Source: the human T2T-CHM13v2.0 reference genome, Homo sapiens
Length of the DNA stretch: 64,000 nucleotides
Assembly (NCBI RefSeq): GCF_009914755.1
Contig: NC_060926.1
Reading direction: 5' to 3' (one strand)
Under the pieces are notes generated by a model that saw nothing but the letters and a program-made list of their open reading frames with translations, was not told the origin of the DNA and did no database searches. The position numbers were made by a program, and so were the translations under genes. Shown in pieces: positions 31,385-44,501 of the stretch (the first letter of the stretch is position 1; each line of letters begins with the position of its first letter).

Positions 31385-31870
31385 TCTTTATTTAACAGCT
31401 TTTGGGGGGTGTAATTGACATATAATAAACTGCACACATTTAAATCATACAACTTGGTAAGTTTCGACACGTGTGTACACCTGTAAAACCAAACTACAGT
31501 CAAGATTGTGAACACATCCATCACCTCTGAAAGTTTCCTCCTGCCCCTCTCTCCCGTGCTTCCCCTATCCTTGGGCTACCACTGTCTGCATGTCACTATA
31601 GAGGTTTCATTTTCTAAAGATGTACATAAATGGAATCACGAAGTATGTACTTTTTTGTCTGACCTCTTTCACACAGCATATTTTGAGATACACCCATGTT
31701 GTAGCAGGCATCAGTAACTTTTTATTGCTAAGTAGCATTTTATTGCAGGGATATTCCGCAATATCCACTCACCTGTTGATGGACATTTGAGTTGTTTCCA
31801 TTTTGAAGTGATTATGAATAAAGCTACGACTATAAACATTTTATACAAGTTTTTGAATCAACATATGTAA
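31385..31870 (-). mobile_element. L1ME/MB 3' end
   Basis: tataataaactgcacacatttaa, gttgatggacatttgagttgtttcc. Confidence 0.8.
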
Positions 31871-32459
31871 TTTTCTTTCTAGACAGGAGCAAGAAGTAAA
31901 TTGGAAAATAAAATTAAAAGTACAGGATCATTTACAATAGCATCCAAAAAAGAAAAAATTACTTTTATTTCTATATGAAAACCATTTTTAAATTTTTAAA
32001 AAGTCTCTCTTAATAATGTGAAGAACTAAGCCCACAACTAACTGGAAAGCTAGGTTACCCCTAGTTCTCTCGTCTGGAGCATCCCAGGTAACTATTTATG
32101 GCACCTTTGGTATGGTAATGGCCGTAAGTCAATAGTAATCCTTTTCTCACCATAAGCACCATGTCTTATTTCCCATGACTTTGGAGTCATGACACATGGA
32201 CTGAAAATAACTATTTTCTGACTCATGGTTGTATTACATAAAGTTCTGGATTAATCATAGTTAGCTTTGCATTTTTAAGAAAAAAAAGAGAGCAGAGAAG
32301 GACAAAGAGGAGGAAAGGGAAAGAGAAGGGGAAGAAAGAAATGATACACCACTGAGTATTACCTCTGGCGGAAAGCTGAGACTTACAAACCTGTGGTTCT
32401 AGAAAGCCTAAGGTACATCCTCAATCTGAATAACAAATCCCAGATTATTCTTGTTTCTC

Positions 32460-32812
32460 ATATTTTTAACTATCGCAAAATTCACATAATATAAAATGTA
32501 TCATCTTAGCCATTTTTAAGTATACAGTTCAGTGGTTGCTTCCACCTTTTGGCTACTGTCAGTAACGCTGTTATGAAGGTGGGTGTACAATGTCTCTTCA
32601 AGACCCTGCTTTCAATTCTTTTGGGTATCTACCCAAACGTACAATTGCTGGATCATATAGTAACTCTACTGTAGTTTTTAGTTTTTTGAGGAACTGCCAT
32701 CCTGTTTTCCATGACAACTGCCCCATTTTACATTCCCACCAGCAATGCACAAGGGTTCCAATTTTTCCACGTCTTCTCTAATACTTGTTATTGTCTCGTG
32801 AGATGATAGATG

Positions 32813-32860
<48 letters not shown>

Positions 32861-35245
32861 GATAGATAGACAGATAGATAGATAGACAGACAGAAAGAAA
32901 GATAGATAGGGAGTAGCCATCCTACTGGGTGTGAGTTGGTATCTTTTTGTGGTTTTAGCTTGCATTTCCCTAACATTCAGTGATGTTTAGCATCTTTTCA
33001 TGTGTTTATTGACCATCTGTATGTCTTCCTTGGAGAAATGTCTATTCAAGTCGGTCTTAGCATCTTCCTTGGAGAAATGTCTGTTCAAGTCAGTCTTAGC
33101 TGCTAGGCTGCTGTAACAAAAATATCATAGACTGGGTGGCTTAAAAAACAAATATTTATTTCTCACAATTCTGGAAAGTCCAAGACCACAGTGCCAGCAG
33201 ATTCAGTTCCTTCATAACAAAATCCTTTGCCCATTTTTGAACTGGGTTTTTTTGAGGTTGTTGTGAAGTTTTAGGAGTCCCCTAGATATTCTAAATATTA
33301 ATCCCTTATTAGATACGTAATTTGCAAATATTTTCTATCATTCTATACGTTGTCTTTTTAGTCTGTTGATTGTGTCTTTTGATGCACAAATTTTCAAAAT
33401 TTTTGTGAGATCCAATTTGTCTGTTTTTATTATTATTGCCTATGTCTTTAGTGTTATATCCAAGAAATTATTGCTAAATCCAGTTTCATTAAGCTTCTGC
33501 CATATGTTGTCTCCTAAGAGTTTCATAGTTATAGCTCTTCTGTTTAGCTCTTTGATCTATTTTGAGTTAATTTTTGTATATGGGGTTAGATAAGGGTCCA
33601 ACTTCATTCTTTTGCATGTAGATATCCAGTTTTCCCAGCACCATTTGTTGAAAAGATTGTCCACTACCTATTAAATGGTTTTGGCACACTCGTAGAAACT
33701 AATTTGACCATTTATGCAAGGATTTATTCCTGACCTCTCTATCCTGTTTCATTGATCTATGCCTATCTTTATCCAGTACCACAGTTCTGGTTATTGTAGC
33801 TTTTAGTAAATTTTGAAATCAAGAAGTGTGAGTCCAACGTTCTGCTTCTTTTTCAAGATAGTTTTGGCTATTTGGTTTGTCTTGAGATTCCATATGAATT
33901 TCAGGATATATTTTGCTACTTCTGCAAAAAGTTTGCTGCGATTTTTATGGGGATTGTACTGAATTTGTAGATCACTTTGGGTAATATTGACATCTTAACA
34001 ATATTAAGTCTTCCAATCCACAAACATGGGATGCCTTTCTATTTATTTTTATGTTCTTTAATTTATTCCAGCAATGTCTTGTAGTTTTCATTGTACAAGT
34101 CTTTCACATCCTTGGATAAGTTAATTCCTAAGTATTTTATACTTTTGATAATATTGTATATAGGATCTTTTCTTAATTTCCTTTTCAGATTGTTCATTGT
34201 GAGTGTGCAGAAATGCAACTGATTTTTGCTTGTTGATTTTGTATCCTGCTACTTTGCTGAATTCACTTGTTAGTTCTCATAGTGTTTTGTGGAACTTTAG
34301 GGCTTTCTAGATCTATGATCAGATCATCTGTGAACAGAGGTCACTGTACTTCTTTCTTTCAGATTTGGATGCCTTTTATTTCTTCGTCTTGCCTAATTGT
34401 TCAGCTAGCACTTCCAGTAATACATTGAAAAAAAGTGGCAAAAGTGGCATTATTGCCTTGTTCCTTATCTTAAAAGAAGTTTTCAGTCTTTTACCACTAA
34501 GCATGATGTTGCCTCAGTTTTCATACATGGCTTTTCTTATGTTGAGATGGTTTCCTTCTATTCCTAGAGTGCTGCTTCTTTTTATTATAAGTGTTGAATT
34601 CTGTCAAATGCTGCTTCCGCATCAACTGAGATGACCATGTCATTTTTTTTCCTTTGTTGCGTTAATGTGGTGTTTTATATTGATCAATTTTCACAGGTTG
34701 AACCATCCTTACATTCTGGGTATGAATCACATTTGGTTATAGTGTATAATCCTTTTAATATGCTGCTGAATTCAGTTTTCTAGTACTTTGCTAAAGATTT
34801 TTACATCAATGTTCATAGCTTTGTCTGGCTTTGGTACCTGGGCAATGTTGTCCTCACAAAATGAGTTAGAAAGTGTTCCTTCCTCTTCAATTTGTTGGGA
34901 AAGTTTGAGAATAATAGACATTAGTTTATTAAATGTTGGGTAGAGTTAGCAGTGAAGCCATCAGATCCACAACTTTTCTTTATCAGGAGATTTTTGATTA
35001 CTGATTCAACCTTCTTACTAGTTATAGGTCTTTTCAGATTTTTTGTTTCTTTGTAATTCAGCCTTGGTAGGTTTTATGTTTCTAGAAATTTGTTCATTTC
35101 ATCTAGATTATCCAATTTCTTGGCATACAATTGTTCATAGTACTCTCTTATAATCCTTTTTATTTCTGTAGAATGGGTAGTAATGTTCCCACTTTCATTA
35201 CTGATTTTAGTAATTTGAGTCACTCTCCTTTTTTCTTGGTCAGTC
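32460..35245 (-). mobile_element. L1MA/MB about 2.7 kb antisense fragment
   Basis: gatatccagttttcccagcaccatttgttgaaaaga and colinear ORF2; small MLT1 piece at about 33090-33210. Confidence 0.9.
32802..32908. repeat. Compound (GATA)n/(GACA)n STR
   Basis: Directly visible. Confidence 0.95.
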
Positions 35246-36025
35246 TTATAAGCTTATTTTTAAAGTGTCGTTTTGTTTAAAAATAGTTCCATCAGTGGGC
35301 AAGTGAGGGAGTTGGTGAATGAGTGAATATATCACATAACTCCCCTCTTCGTGTCCCAATATCCCCTGCCCACCATACGTGGATACCGAAAAAAAAAAAA
35401 CCGGACTCAGAAAAGAAGCAACTCCTGAAAGCCAGTTTTCCTTAGAGATGCACTGGGGATGTTCCATACCAGCCCTCAAGTCCAGGCCATTCTCAGCCCC
35501 ATCCTTTTCTTCCTAACTCTTTAAAAAGTTGTCCAAGTTCTCAACCAGTTTCCCCTGGATAGAGGAGAAGCAAGCACTTCCAGTTGAGCACAGACTGGAC
35601 AGCTGACTGGGGGAGACAGTACTTGCCTCCTCCCCCTGCCTTCTCTGCACTAGGGCTGCTCCACCCACTCCTGCCTTGGCACCACTAGGGCCCTGATCTT
35701 CTGGCTGGGTCAGCCTCTTGCTGCAGTTTTCCCCTCTCCCTTCCAAGCATCAGTCTTCTGTGCCCTAGACTATAGCACTACTCAGGGACTGACTAATCCA
35801 ATGAAGTTATCCAGGCTAAGACCCTAATGAGCCATAACAGCTTAATGCACTCTGCCTTCCATAAAACACTTGAATCTTAATTCAGTCTTGAGTGCATTAA
35901 ACCAAAGGAGAAAATAGTCAAGTTTCATGTGCTGTGGCAGGTCGGTGGAAGGAGAAGTTTTAGGAGGTGGGAAAGACCTTCTTAGTCATGGCGCTGGCAT
36001 TGGGAGACAGCTGACACACTGCAGG

Positions 36026-36615
36026 TGTAACTGAGCAGCTTAGCCTCAAACCATGTTTCAAAACTTTTTCCTTTTCCCTTTCCTCCTCCCCTCCCCCAGT
36101 TTCAAGACATAACTTTGAGACAAACTGCATATGCCTTATCTTTCATCTTGAAATACAGCCTGGAAATGTGCTGTGAACCTCCCCTCCCTTTCTTTTCCCA
36201 CTCTATGCTCCTCTGTCTTATGCGCATTTATTTACCTAGATGCTTGTTAAATACACACCATACTCACTTATCTGGTCATATATTCCTGTAGAAGCTTCAG
36301 CGGCCAGATCCTAATACGGAGCAGACACCCCCAGCCACGATGGTGCCGGTCCCTTCACCAGATAATACAATAATTCAAGTTGAGCCATAGAAGCGGATCA
36401 TGCCAGCTGGCACCTCCTAGCCCCCACCCCCCACCCCCACCCCCGCCTCTCATTCCAAACCCTCTCTTTAAAAAGTACCGCATTCCCTCCACAAACTGAA
36501 GAGTGGACATTTTTGGAAAGAATTTCATTCACTCCTCCCCATGCTAGCATGGATAATAAAACTCATTGGCTCCTTTTTACAAGTGGTGAGCAGCCAGACC
36601 TTTTTGCCAGTTACA
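36026..36615 (+). mobile_element. ERV1 solo LTR (MER4 group)
   Basis: tgtaac...gttaca ends; ctttaaaa TATA-like box and aataaa. Confidence 0.6.
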
Positions 36616-36863
36616 GAAGTATTGGAAAAGCTAACCAATGTCAGCAGCAAGCAAGGTCAGGGCTGGGGAGTGGCAGGGAAGAGGGGTGGTGGATTCAAAC
36701 CTCCCTAGGTGGGAGCAGACTAGGACATATTGCAAAAAGGCTTGCAAAATGGCCTCATCCACCTTTTCACCCTCCTCCAGGGATTTCAAAAGGGATTTCA
36801 TCAACACACATTGTGCCGGGCACGCTGACCCCATCTGGAAGTCATCAAAATCAGTTTTGACTT

Positions 36864-36975
36864 ATAGAGTGACCAACCCTCCCAGTTTCCCAGGACTTTC
36901 TTTATTTTGGCACTGAAAGTCTCATTTCCAGGGAAACCCCTCAGTCCCAGGCAAACTGGGATGATTGGTGACCCT
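36864..36975 (+). mobile_element. MER81 (hAT-Blackjack MITE)
   Basis: tagagtgaccaacc...ttggtgaccct TIRs; gcactgaaagtc core. Confidence 0.8.
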
Positions 36976-37229
36976 GGCTCTCAGAGCCATCTTTGGCTTG
37001 CCGTTCAACCCATCCCTGCCTTTCCGGAGGTCCACCTGTCTCCCCACTCCACCCCCCCATGCTCTTGGGTGGGCCATGGTGGCTCTCCAGTGCTGGCTTT
37101 TGTTCAGCCAATTGCACCAAATATACCAAACATACAGTCCAGTATAACCTGAGCCACTCAGACTCTGATTCTCAGAAACTGACATTGGAACTCAGAGATG
37201 GCAACAACAATGTCAAGAAGGTGAAGAAT

Positions 37230-37445
37230 AAGAATAAGATTTGTGAACATTATCAGTGTACTTAACCACTGCCGGGTTCTCTTTTAAATTACTGTTGTAA
37301 TTTAATCATCACAAAACCCCTGTGAGATAAGTGCTATTGTTCTCACCACTTGGTCAGAGAAGTCATTAATAGGTAACACGTGTACAGCTAGTAAGTGCTA
37401 GACTGGGGGTCAAAATCCAAGCAGCATGTTTCCCGAGTTCTTCTC
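37230..37445 (-). mobile_element. MIR
   Basis: tttaatcatcacaaaacccctgtgagataagtgctatt. Confidence 0.7.
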
Positions 37446-37587
37446 ACTGCTAACATTAGTCTACCCAGCTTGTGTGCTCTATTCTAGTTCTGCTAAACAT
37501 GTCCTAGGAAGTGAGTCGTATCTGGGCTGGGCAGCCATGTGTGCCCACACGTGTGGACGAGCAGAGAAAGCGAGTGTGTGTTTTTGG

Positions 37588-38140
<553 letters not shown>

Positions 38141-39254
38141 AGGGTGGCTCCCAGCATGGAGAAGAAAGCAGAGCCAAGAGACTCACATAGAATGGACGTG
38201 GGAACTAGGGAACTGAGCCTAACACCCAGGCAAATCAATCCCCTGCTCCTGAAAAGCTGCTCGAGTTGGGATTTTGGCCACTGGCAGCTGAAACACCTTC
38301 TGTGACTAGGGCTTTAGGCAGTCACTTAAGAAGGCTTCAAGAAATCACTCTACAGAAGTATGAAATTAAAGTGGTAGGTTGGGCCCACCGTGGAGCCCCC
38401 ACAGGCTGGTGACTTCCCCTGCTGGCCACACTGCAGGCTCCCTCATGGGGTTTATTGACTATTATCTGATGTAAACAACAGCCCCGGTTAGCATCCTCCT
38501 CAGTTAACAATGAATGCAGGGAGCTGAAAGTAACTTCCACCCTCGCAGTTCAGGAAGCATCAGCCTTTAGAGGAGTTCACCTGGCCTGTGCAAGGTCACA
38601 GCTCCCTTACCTAGGAGGGCTCAGGGAGGTAGGCATGTATGTGTGGGTGAAAACACATCCCAGCCCACCACACCCTTCACAAGAGCCCTTGCTGAGGCTC
38701 CTGTCCTTTCATCCCATATCTGCAGGTGGTACTCCCTGATGAATGCCTCTAAACCCTGCAGCCACCACACTGCCTCTCTGTCTGCTCCAGCTCTGTCTTG
38801 CTACTAAATCCGGTTCTGCAGGTCCCCAACCATCTGTGCTTTGAGGCTCAGCTCCTCCACCAACCTTCAGGCCATCCACACTGGTCACCAACATGCCTGT
38901 CTGATTCCCAGGGCTATCTCCCTCTGACCAGGGCTGTGCCCCCCCCAATATGTCCATCCCTTACTCTCTTGCTACCCAGATGCCAACCATTTTTCTCCTT
39001 TCTAGGCTCTCCTCATGCTCTGCTTCCTCCAGGAAGCTTTCTCTGATCACCAGCTCAGCCTAAATTATCTTTTCTCTTGGCACTTGCAGTGTTTGGGTCT
39101 CTCTGCCCCTGTTTATGTCATTGTGTGCAATAGAGTAAACTCTCCACGTACACTCCCCAGACTGCTGACTGGTCTCATGCTCGTGCTTGCAGAGGTTTGC
39201 CTGCAAGGAAACCTCTTGCCTGCAAGTGATGTGATGTGATGAGAACATCGGCTT

Positions 39255-39415
39255 CATAACTGTGTGATCTTGGGTAACATTTACTCAACATCTCTGAGTC
39301 TCAACTTAGTCATCAAGAAAAACGGAAATAACATGAACTTCTGGGGATACTATGGAGATTAAATGAGAAAACATATCAAATACCTAGCACAGTTTCTAGA
39401 ATCTAATAGGCAATC
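39255..39415 (+). mobile_element. MIR
   Basis: tgtgtgatcttgggtaa...ctctgagtctca...gattaaatgaga. Confidence 0.75.
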
Positions 39416-39949
39416 ACCATTGTAAGGGGCTTCTTCCCTTTGTCACAAAAACCTACATTCCAAGCATGTTCACTAGACTGCGCTGATTCCTTAGACAAGT
39501 CCTAAGATATTCTAGTGTCTAAAAAACTGCCTCCCTTTACAGAAAGTCTAACTTTGAGAAATGTCAGCGGGGACATGAGTGCTGCCACCACCATGGCCCT
39601 CCATGACAGACACTCTTCTCTGCCAAACCTGAATCCAGCCTCAGAATCTCACCTAACACATTCCTCCAAGTAGCCACTACTGACTAATAAGAGTTGGCAA
39701 AAGAGAAGAAAAGCGTTTGTCCTCTGTGAGTTAACACTTTTATCTGAAAAGCAGTTACTGCAGGCCTGATGCGGGCCAATCTGTGTGCCAGACCGTGAAC
39801 TACGGTGGAGACAAGAGGAAGGTGAGGGAAGACCTGTGATCCCATCTACAGGTGCTCACGTTTGGAAACAACCCAGCATGAGGAAGCTCCAAGTGCAGAG
39901 TGGGCACTCCAGGTCTCGGCCAGGTGGAGGAGGCTCTGAGACCTAAGGA

Positions 39950-40215
39950 ATGAGCAGGAACAGCTATGAGTCTGTGCACCTTCCCCAAGTCTTTGATGCC
40001 TCCTGGGGCCCACCCCAACCAGTGGTGGATGGGACCTGGTAGAAGGCGCCTGGCCTTTCAGGGAACAATCCTTGGAAGTGGCCCCATTGCCCACAGTGGT
40101 GACCTCAAATTCCTACCTTATATTGTTCTTGCCTCCTTTCCTGTTGCCCTCTGCCCCATTTCCTCTCTCCTGCTTCCTTTGGGATCACCTTCCAAATAAA
40201 ACCCCTGCACCCAAG
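39950..40215 (+). mobile_element. LTR16-like (ERVL) fragment
   Basis: tgggatcaccttccaaataaaacccctgcaccca 3' motif. Confidence 0.5.
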
Positions 40216-41284
40216 TGGGCACAGCAGCACTGTGCTCCATGGCATGGCTGGGCTGGCCTGGGACTCTCCTGTGCCTCCATGTGTGGGGGTCTGGAGGGAG
40301 GGATAAGAGTGAGTGGTCTGTGGGGTGGCCCTCCCGGGACAAGGGGATCCTGGGTGAGGGGAGGCAAGCGTGGGCTCCTCTGCGCCAACAAAGGGGTTCT
40401 GAAGACCCTCCAGGGCAGAGTGTTGGGTAGGGCCACAAACATGAGAGGGGCTGCCTGAGCCCCCTTCAGCACAGAGCTGGGGCTGGACAACAGGGTCCCG
40501 CGGGAGCAGCCTTAGGGAACAGGCCGAGGTGGGAGGCAGAGGGAGGGGTACAAGGAGAGCAGGACCCAGTGGAAACCACAGCAGCTGCTTGGTCCTGGGA
40601 ACTCTGGCCCCCCTAACCCAGAGGTCTCCAGAGAGAAAGGCCTGGGAGAAGAGACCCTAGAGAGAGATGGAATTGGCTGCCAGCCTCAGCCCTGAGGACG
40701 TGCCCGCGCAGGGTTTATCTGCTGAGGGAGAGCGTGCGGGTGCGGGTGCGGGTGCGAGAGGACAGCTCTGGTCTCTACCCCCAGAGGGAGCTACGGGTGT
40801 GTGGCCCCAGGCCCACCCTCCCCAACAGTAGGCTCCTTCTGGGCCGTGGTTCTCCAGATGCCCGGAGCCACAGGTGTCTTGGCAGGTGCTTCTGAAGGGG
40901 CCACAGCCGGAGCGCCTGGAGACCACCACTGTCCACGTGCGCAAAGCGACGTCCCAGTTTCCTCACGCGTGGGCTGCAGCTTCTCCTCCCACGTGGCCCT
41001 GAGCGAGTCTCGGGGACCACCACGCGGGCGTCCAGCAGGGCTTCCTGCCTGGAAGAGGGGCCGCGCTCACCCTCCTCTCTGGCCCTCATTCTCAGGGTCA
41101 GCCTTCTCCCCTCCGCAGCCCCATAGGAATTCCATCTGGGCCGCTTCTACCCCTGCACCTTGTAGCTTGCAGTGGATGGGACGTTCTTGGGCCCAGCCCT
41201 TTTGTGGAAGCACATCCTACCCTAGCGGAATGGCAGTTCCCACGGAGGCTCAGCTCTACAGTGCCCTTGTGGCAGATTTAATCC

Positions 41285-41592
41285 CCCCAAAAACCCGTGA
41301 TAAACAAAATATCAAAATCCTAAGTAAAGACAGAACTGACATTACAGATTTTTCCTTTTCCCTCAGGTTGCAATAAAATAAATAAAATAAATTTAAAAAT
41401 CAGTGCACTGGCACTGATCCTGTCATTTAAATTTTTGATATTTTGCTCACCATGGAAATCTCACATTAACTATTTTTTTTAATCTCATATTAACTATTAT
41501 ATTAAAAAAAATTGACGCCTGAGTACTTTGGGTGCCTTTAAAATGTTTGCCTCCAGTAGAGTGCCTCATTCACCTCACTCTATCCCGCCTGG
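41285..41592. mobile_element. MER96B-like palindromic hAT MITE
   Basis: aacaaaatatcaaaat / tttttgatattttg inverted arms; gtgcctcattcacctcac end. Confidence 0.6.
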
Positions 41593-41805
41593 TTGCAGAG
41601 CCACGGTAGTGAATGGTTTACCCTCAGATAGACAGTGGGGTCCCACCAAGCCGTTTCCTGCTGTCCCACTGCAAGATGCATGACAAACCGCCCTGCACCT
41701 GAGGTTATTAAGACAGACTTGGGAGAGAAGACGAGACCAGGCAGAGAGACAAAGACAGAAAAAGAGACTGAGGAAAACTGAAGGACAAAGGTGGAAAGAA
41801 GTGGA

Positions 41806-41866
41806 CAATATTAAGAACTCTTTTAGAATTTGTCTAGCAGGTTTTCTGGTTTCTACTGGAAGCTTC
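41806..41866 (+). pseudogene. U7 snRNA retropseudogene (RNU7-like)
   Basis: ctcttttagAATTTGTCTAGcaggttttctggtttctactggaagc follows U7, including its special Sm site (41827-41837); poly-A at 41898-41908. Confidence 0.85.
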
Positions 41867-42037
41867 TTACCCCACCTCGCCTCCCACCACCCCGTCCAAA
41901 AAAAAAAAGATTAAAGAGAACAGAATGGACTAGGGTCCAAGCTGGTGACTGGGAGTTTATGTAATGCCTTTCTACCGCTGATGCGGCCTTTTTCCCTCCT
42001 TTGCAGGCTTCCCTTCAAAGAAGGGACACAGTGGCAG

Positions 42038-43090
42038 TGTTATAGAACCAAACTGGTGGTCACTCTCCCTGCACAATAAAACCAGATACTCACACCAAGC
42101 TTTCTGCCATGGTAGAAAGGAGGGTGGTTACTGTGGAGCACTAAGCGAGGAGGACCAGGCAGCTAACTGCTCAAGATCTGGCCTCCTGGATGGCTCGCAG
42201 GCCAGTGTTTTTAAAGGCAGGGGCAACTTTCAGGAAAACGGAAGCTACAGGTAAATCAATACACAGAGGTTACACATTGGTGTAAGCTTAAAAGGATGGG
42301 ACATCTTGAATGGGGGCTCATAGATCATGGGTAGATACCAAGATCTGGTTTGCAATTAGTTAAGTAAGAGAAGCTTTGTTTAAACATTAGGGCATCAGCA
42401 GCAATACCCAAAGGATTATAAATCATTCTACTATAAAGACACATGCTACTATAAAGACAAGGGGAACATCACACACCGGGGCCTGTTGGGGGGTTGAGGG
42501 GCAAGGGGAGGGAGAGCATCAGGACAAATACTTAATGCATGTGGGGCTTAAAACCTAGATGACGGGTTGATGGGTGCAGCAAACCACCATGGCACAGGTA
42601 TACCTATGTAACAAACCTGCACATTCTGCACATGTATCCCAGAACTTAAAGTAAAATTTAAAAATATAGGGAGTCAGTAGAAAAACATTAACTTGCTAGG
42701 GAGAGTGACTTTCTCGAAGACCCTCACAAAGAAACTTAGAACAAAGGACAATAGTTGAACTTTAGTTTGTTTCTCCCTCATCTGGGGTCTCTATGCCAGC
42801 TGATCCATTCAGTGGGGGTCCTCAGGGGGGTCCAAGCTTCTGAAAGGCAACTCAGGGACATATGTTAAGACATTATCTTTAGTTTCTATGGGGAAAACAA
42901 ACATCTCTGGAGCTTTAAGTCCCTTGGCTATTATTCTTAAGCTACTATCCTTGTTTAACAAGTTACTTAATTACCTCTGGGGCTACCCAGATCCCTCTAA
43001 TTTCTCTTAAAGGAACTTTGGGATTTTCCTTATTTCCATGCTTGTGGGTTTGCAGGCCCCTAAAAGGGAGAGGGGCGTTGTTCCATCTCA
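42038..43090 (-). mobile_element. MER39-family solo LTR with an L1PA 3' insert (about 42400-42665, +)
   Basis: Perfect TSD gcag (42034-42037 / 43091-43094); antisense homology to the other MER39 copies. Confidence 0.7.
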
Positions 43091-43389
43091 GCAGGACTAA
43101 AGTGTGTAATTTAGTAGCTTCTAAAAACCACTCCACTGTTTATCTTGGATTATCTGAGGAGTTGAAATAATCTCTGTGAGGACAAAAAGCACATATTCCT
43201 TTACAAGCACATTTCATTTGACATCATCTTCAGGATGCCTGGCAACCCTGCTCACCTCCACCCAGGTGATGACCTGTAAGCAAAGGCCAAGGTATAGAGG
43301 AAGGTGGTCCTCCCTACGGAGGGTGACTTTCTGTGTAATTATGAAGTGCATACCCTGACCGTCTCAAAACTGGCCCAGTTTGAACAGTA

Positions 43390-43590
43390 ACCTGTGTGAT
43401 CACCATACATGATGGCTGAATGAGTTATCTGAGCCCCAGAGCAATCCCTTGGGGGCAGGCAGAACACATAAGATTGTGTCTATTTTATAGATGAAGAAAC
43501 TGAGAAAATCAGAGAGGTTCCAATCCTGTCCAAGGTTGTAGAACTACTAAATGGAACAGCCAGGATTTAAAGACTGATCTACCATGCCAT
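43390..43590 (-). mobile_element. MIR
   Basis: attttatagatgaagaaactgag core. Confidence 0.75.
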
Positions 43591-44207
43591 GCAACTGCTA
43601 TCCAGGTTCAAGGAACAATGGAAAGCCAGTAGGCTTCAAACCAGGTCACAATCTCACCCAGGTCAACCCACACATCCACCCTATGGTACCAACCGCACAT
43701 ACAGGCAGGAGCTTTGCAAACCAGAAAAGGGAGGTAACTGGAAGCTAACTGAGCCAGCTCAGGTTGTCAAAACCCAATGATATTAGTGGTGTCCCTCTGC
43801 TTTTCAGGTGGTAGATTTGTGATAAGAAACCAGAACAAACTTTCTCTTCTACTGAAGTCTGTGTCCCACAGGCTGGTGCCAAATAATCCCCTTTCTGGCC
43901 AAGTCCATTTTCCACTGTTGAACTAGAGTCAGAGCAGAGAATGAGATAAGATAAGGCAGGAGAAGTGGGCAAGGATCAGATCATGTAAGGTTTTGGCCCT
44001 GTTAAGGATCCCAACAGCAACGGACAGCTGTTGAAGAAATGTTATGTAGAGGGGTGATATATGAAGAGCCAAGTGTTTGGAAGATGGCGGGGGTGAAAAT
44101 GGAACAAGAGTGTATGCATTCTGGCAGTAGAGGAGAAACTGACCAGATTTAGTTAAGATTGGCTCTGGGAGGGAAGAGAAGGAGGAAGGGGATCAGAATG
44201 CCTTAGG

Positions 44208-44501
<294 letters not shown>

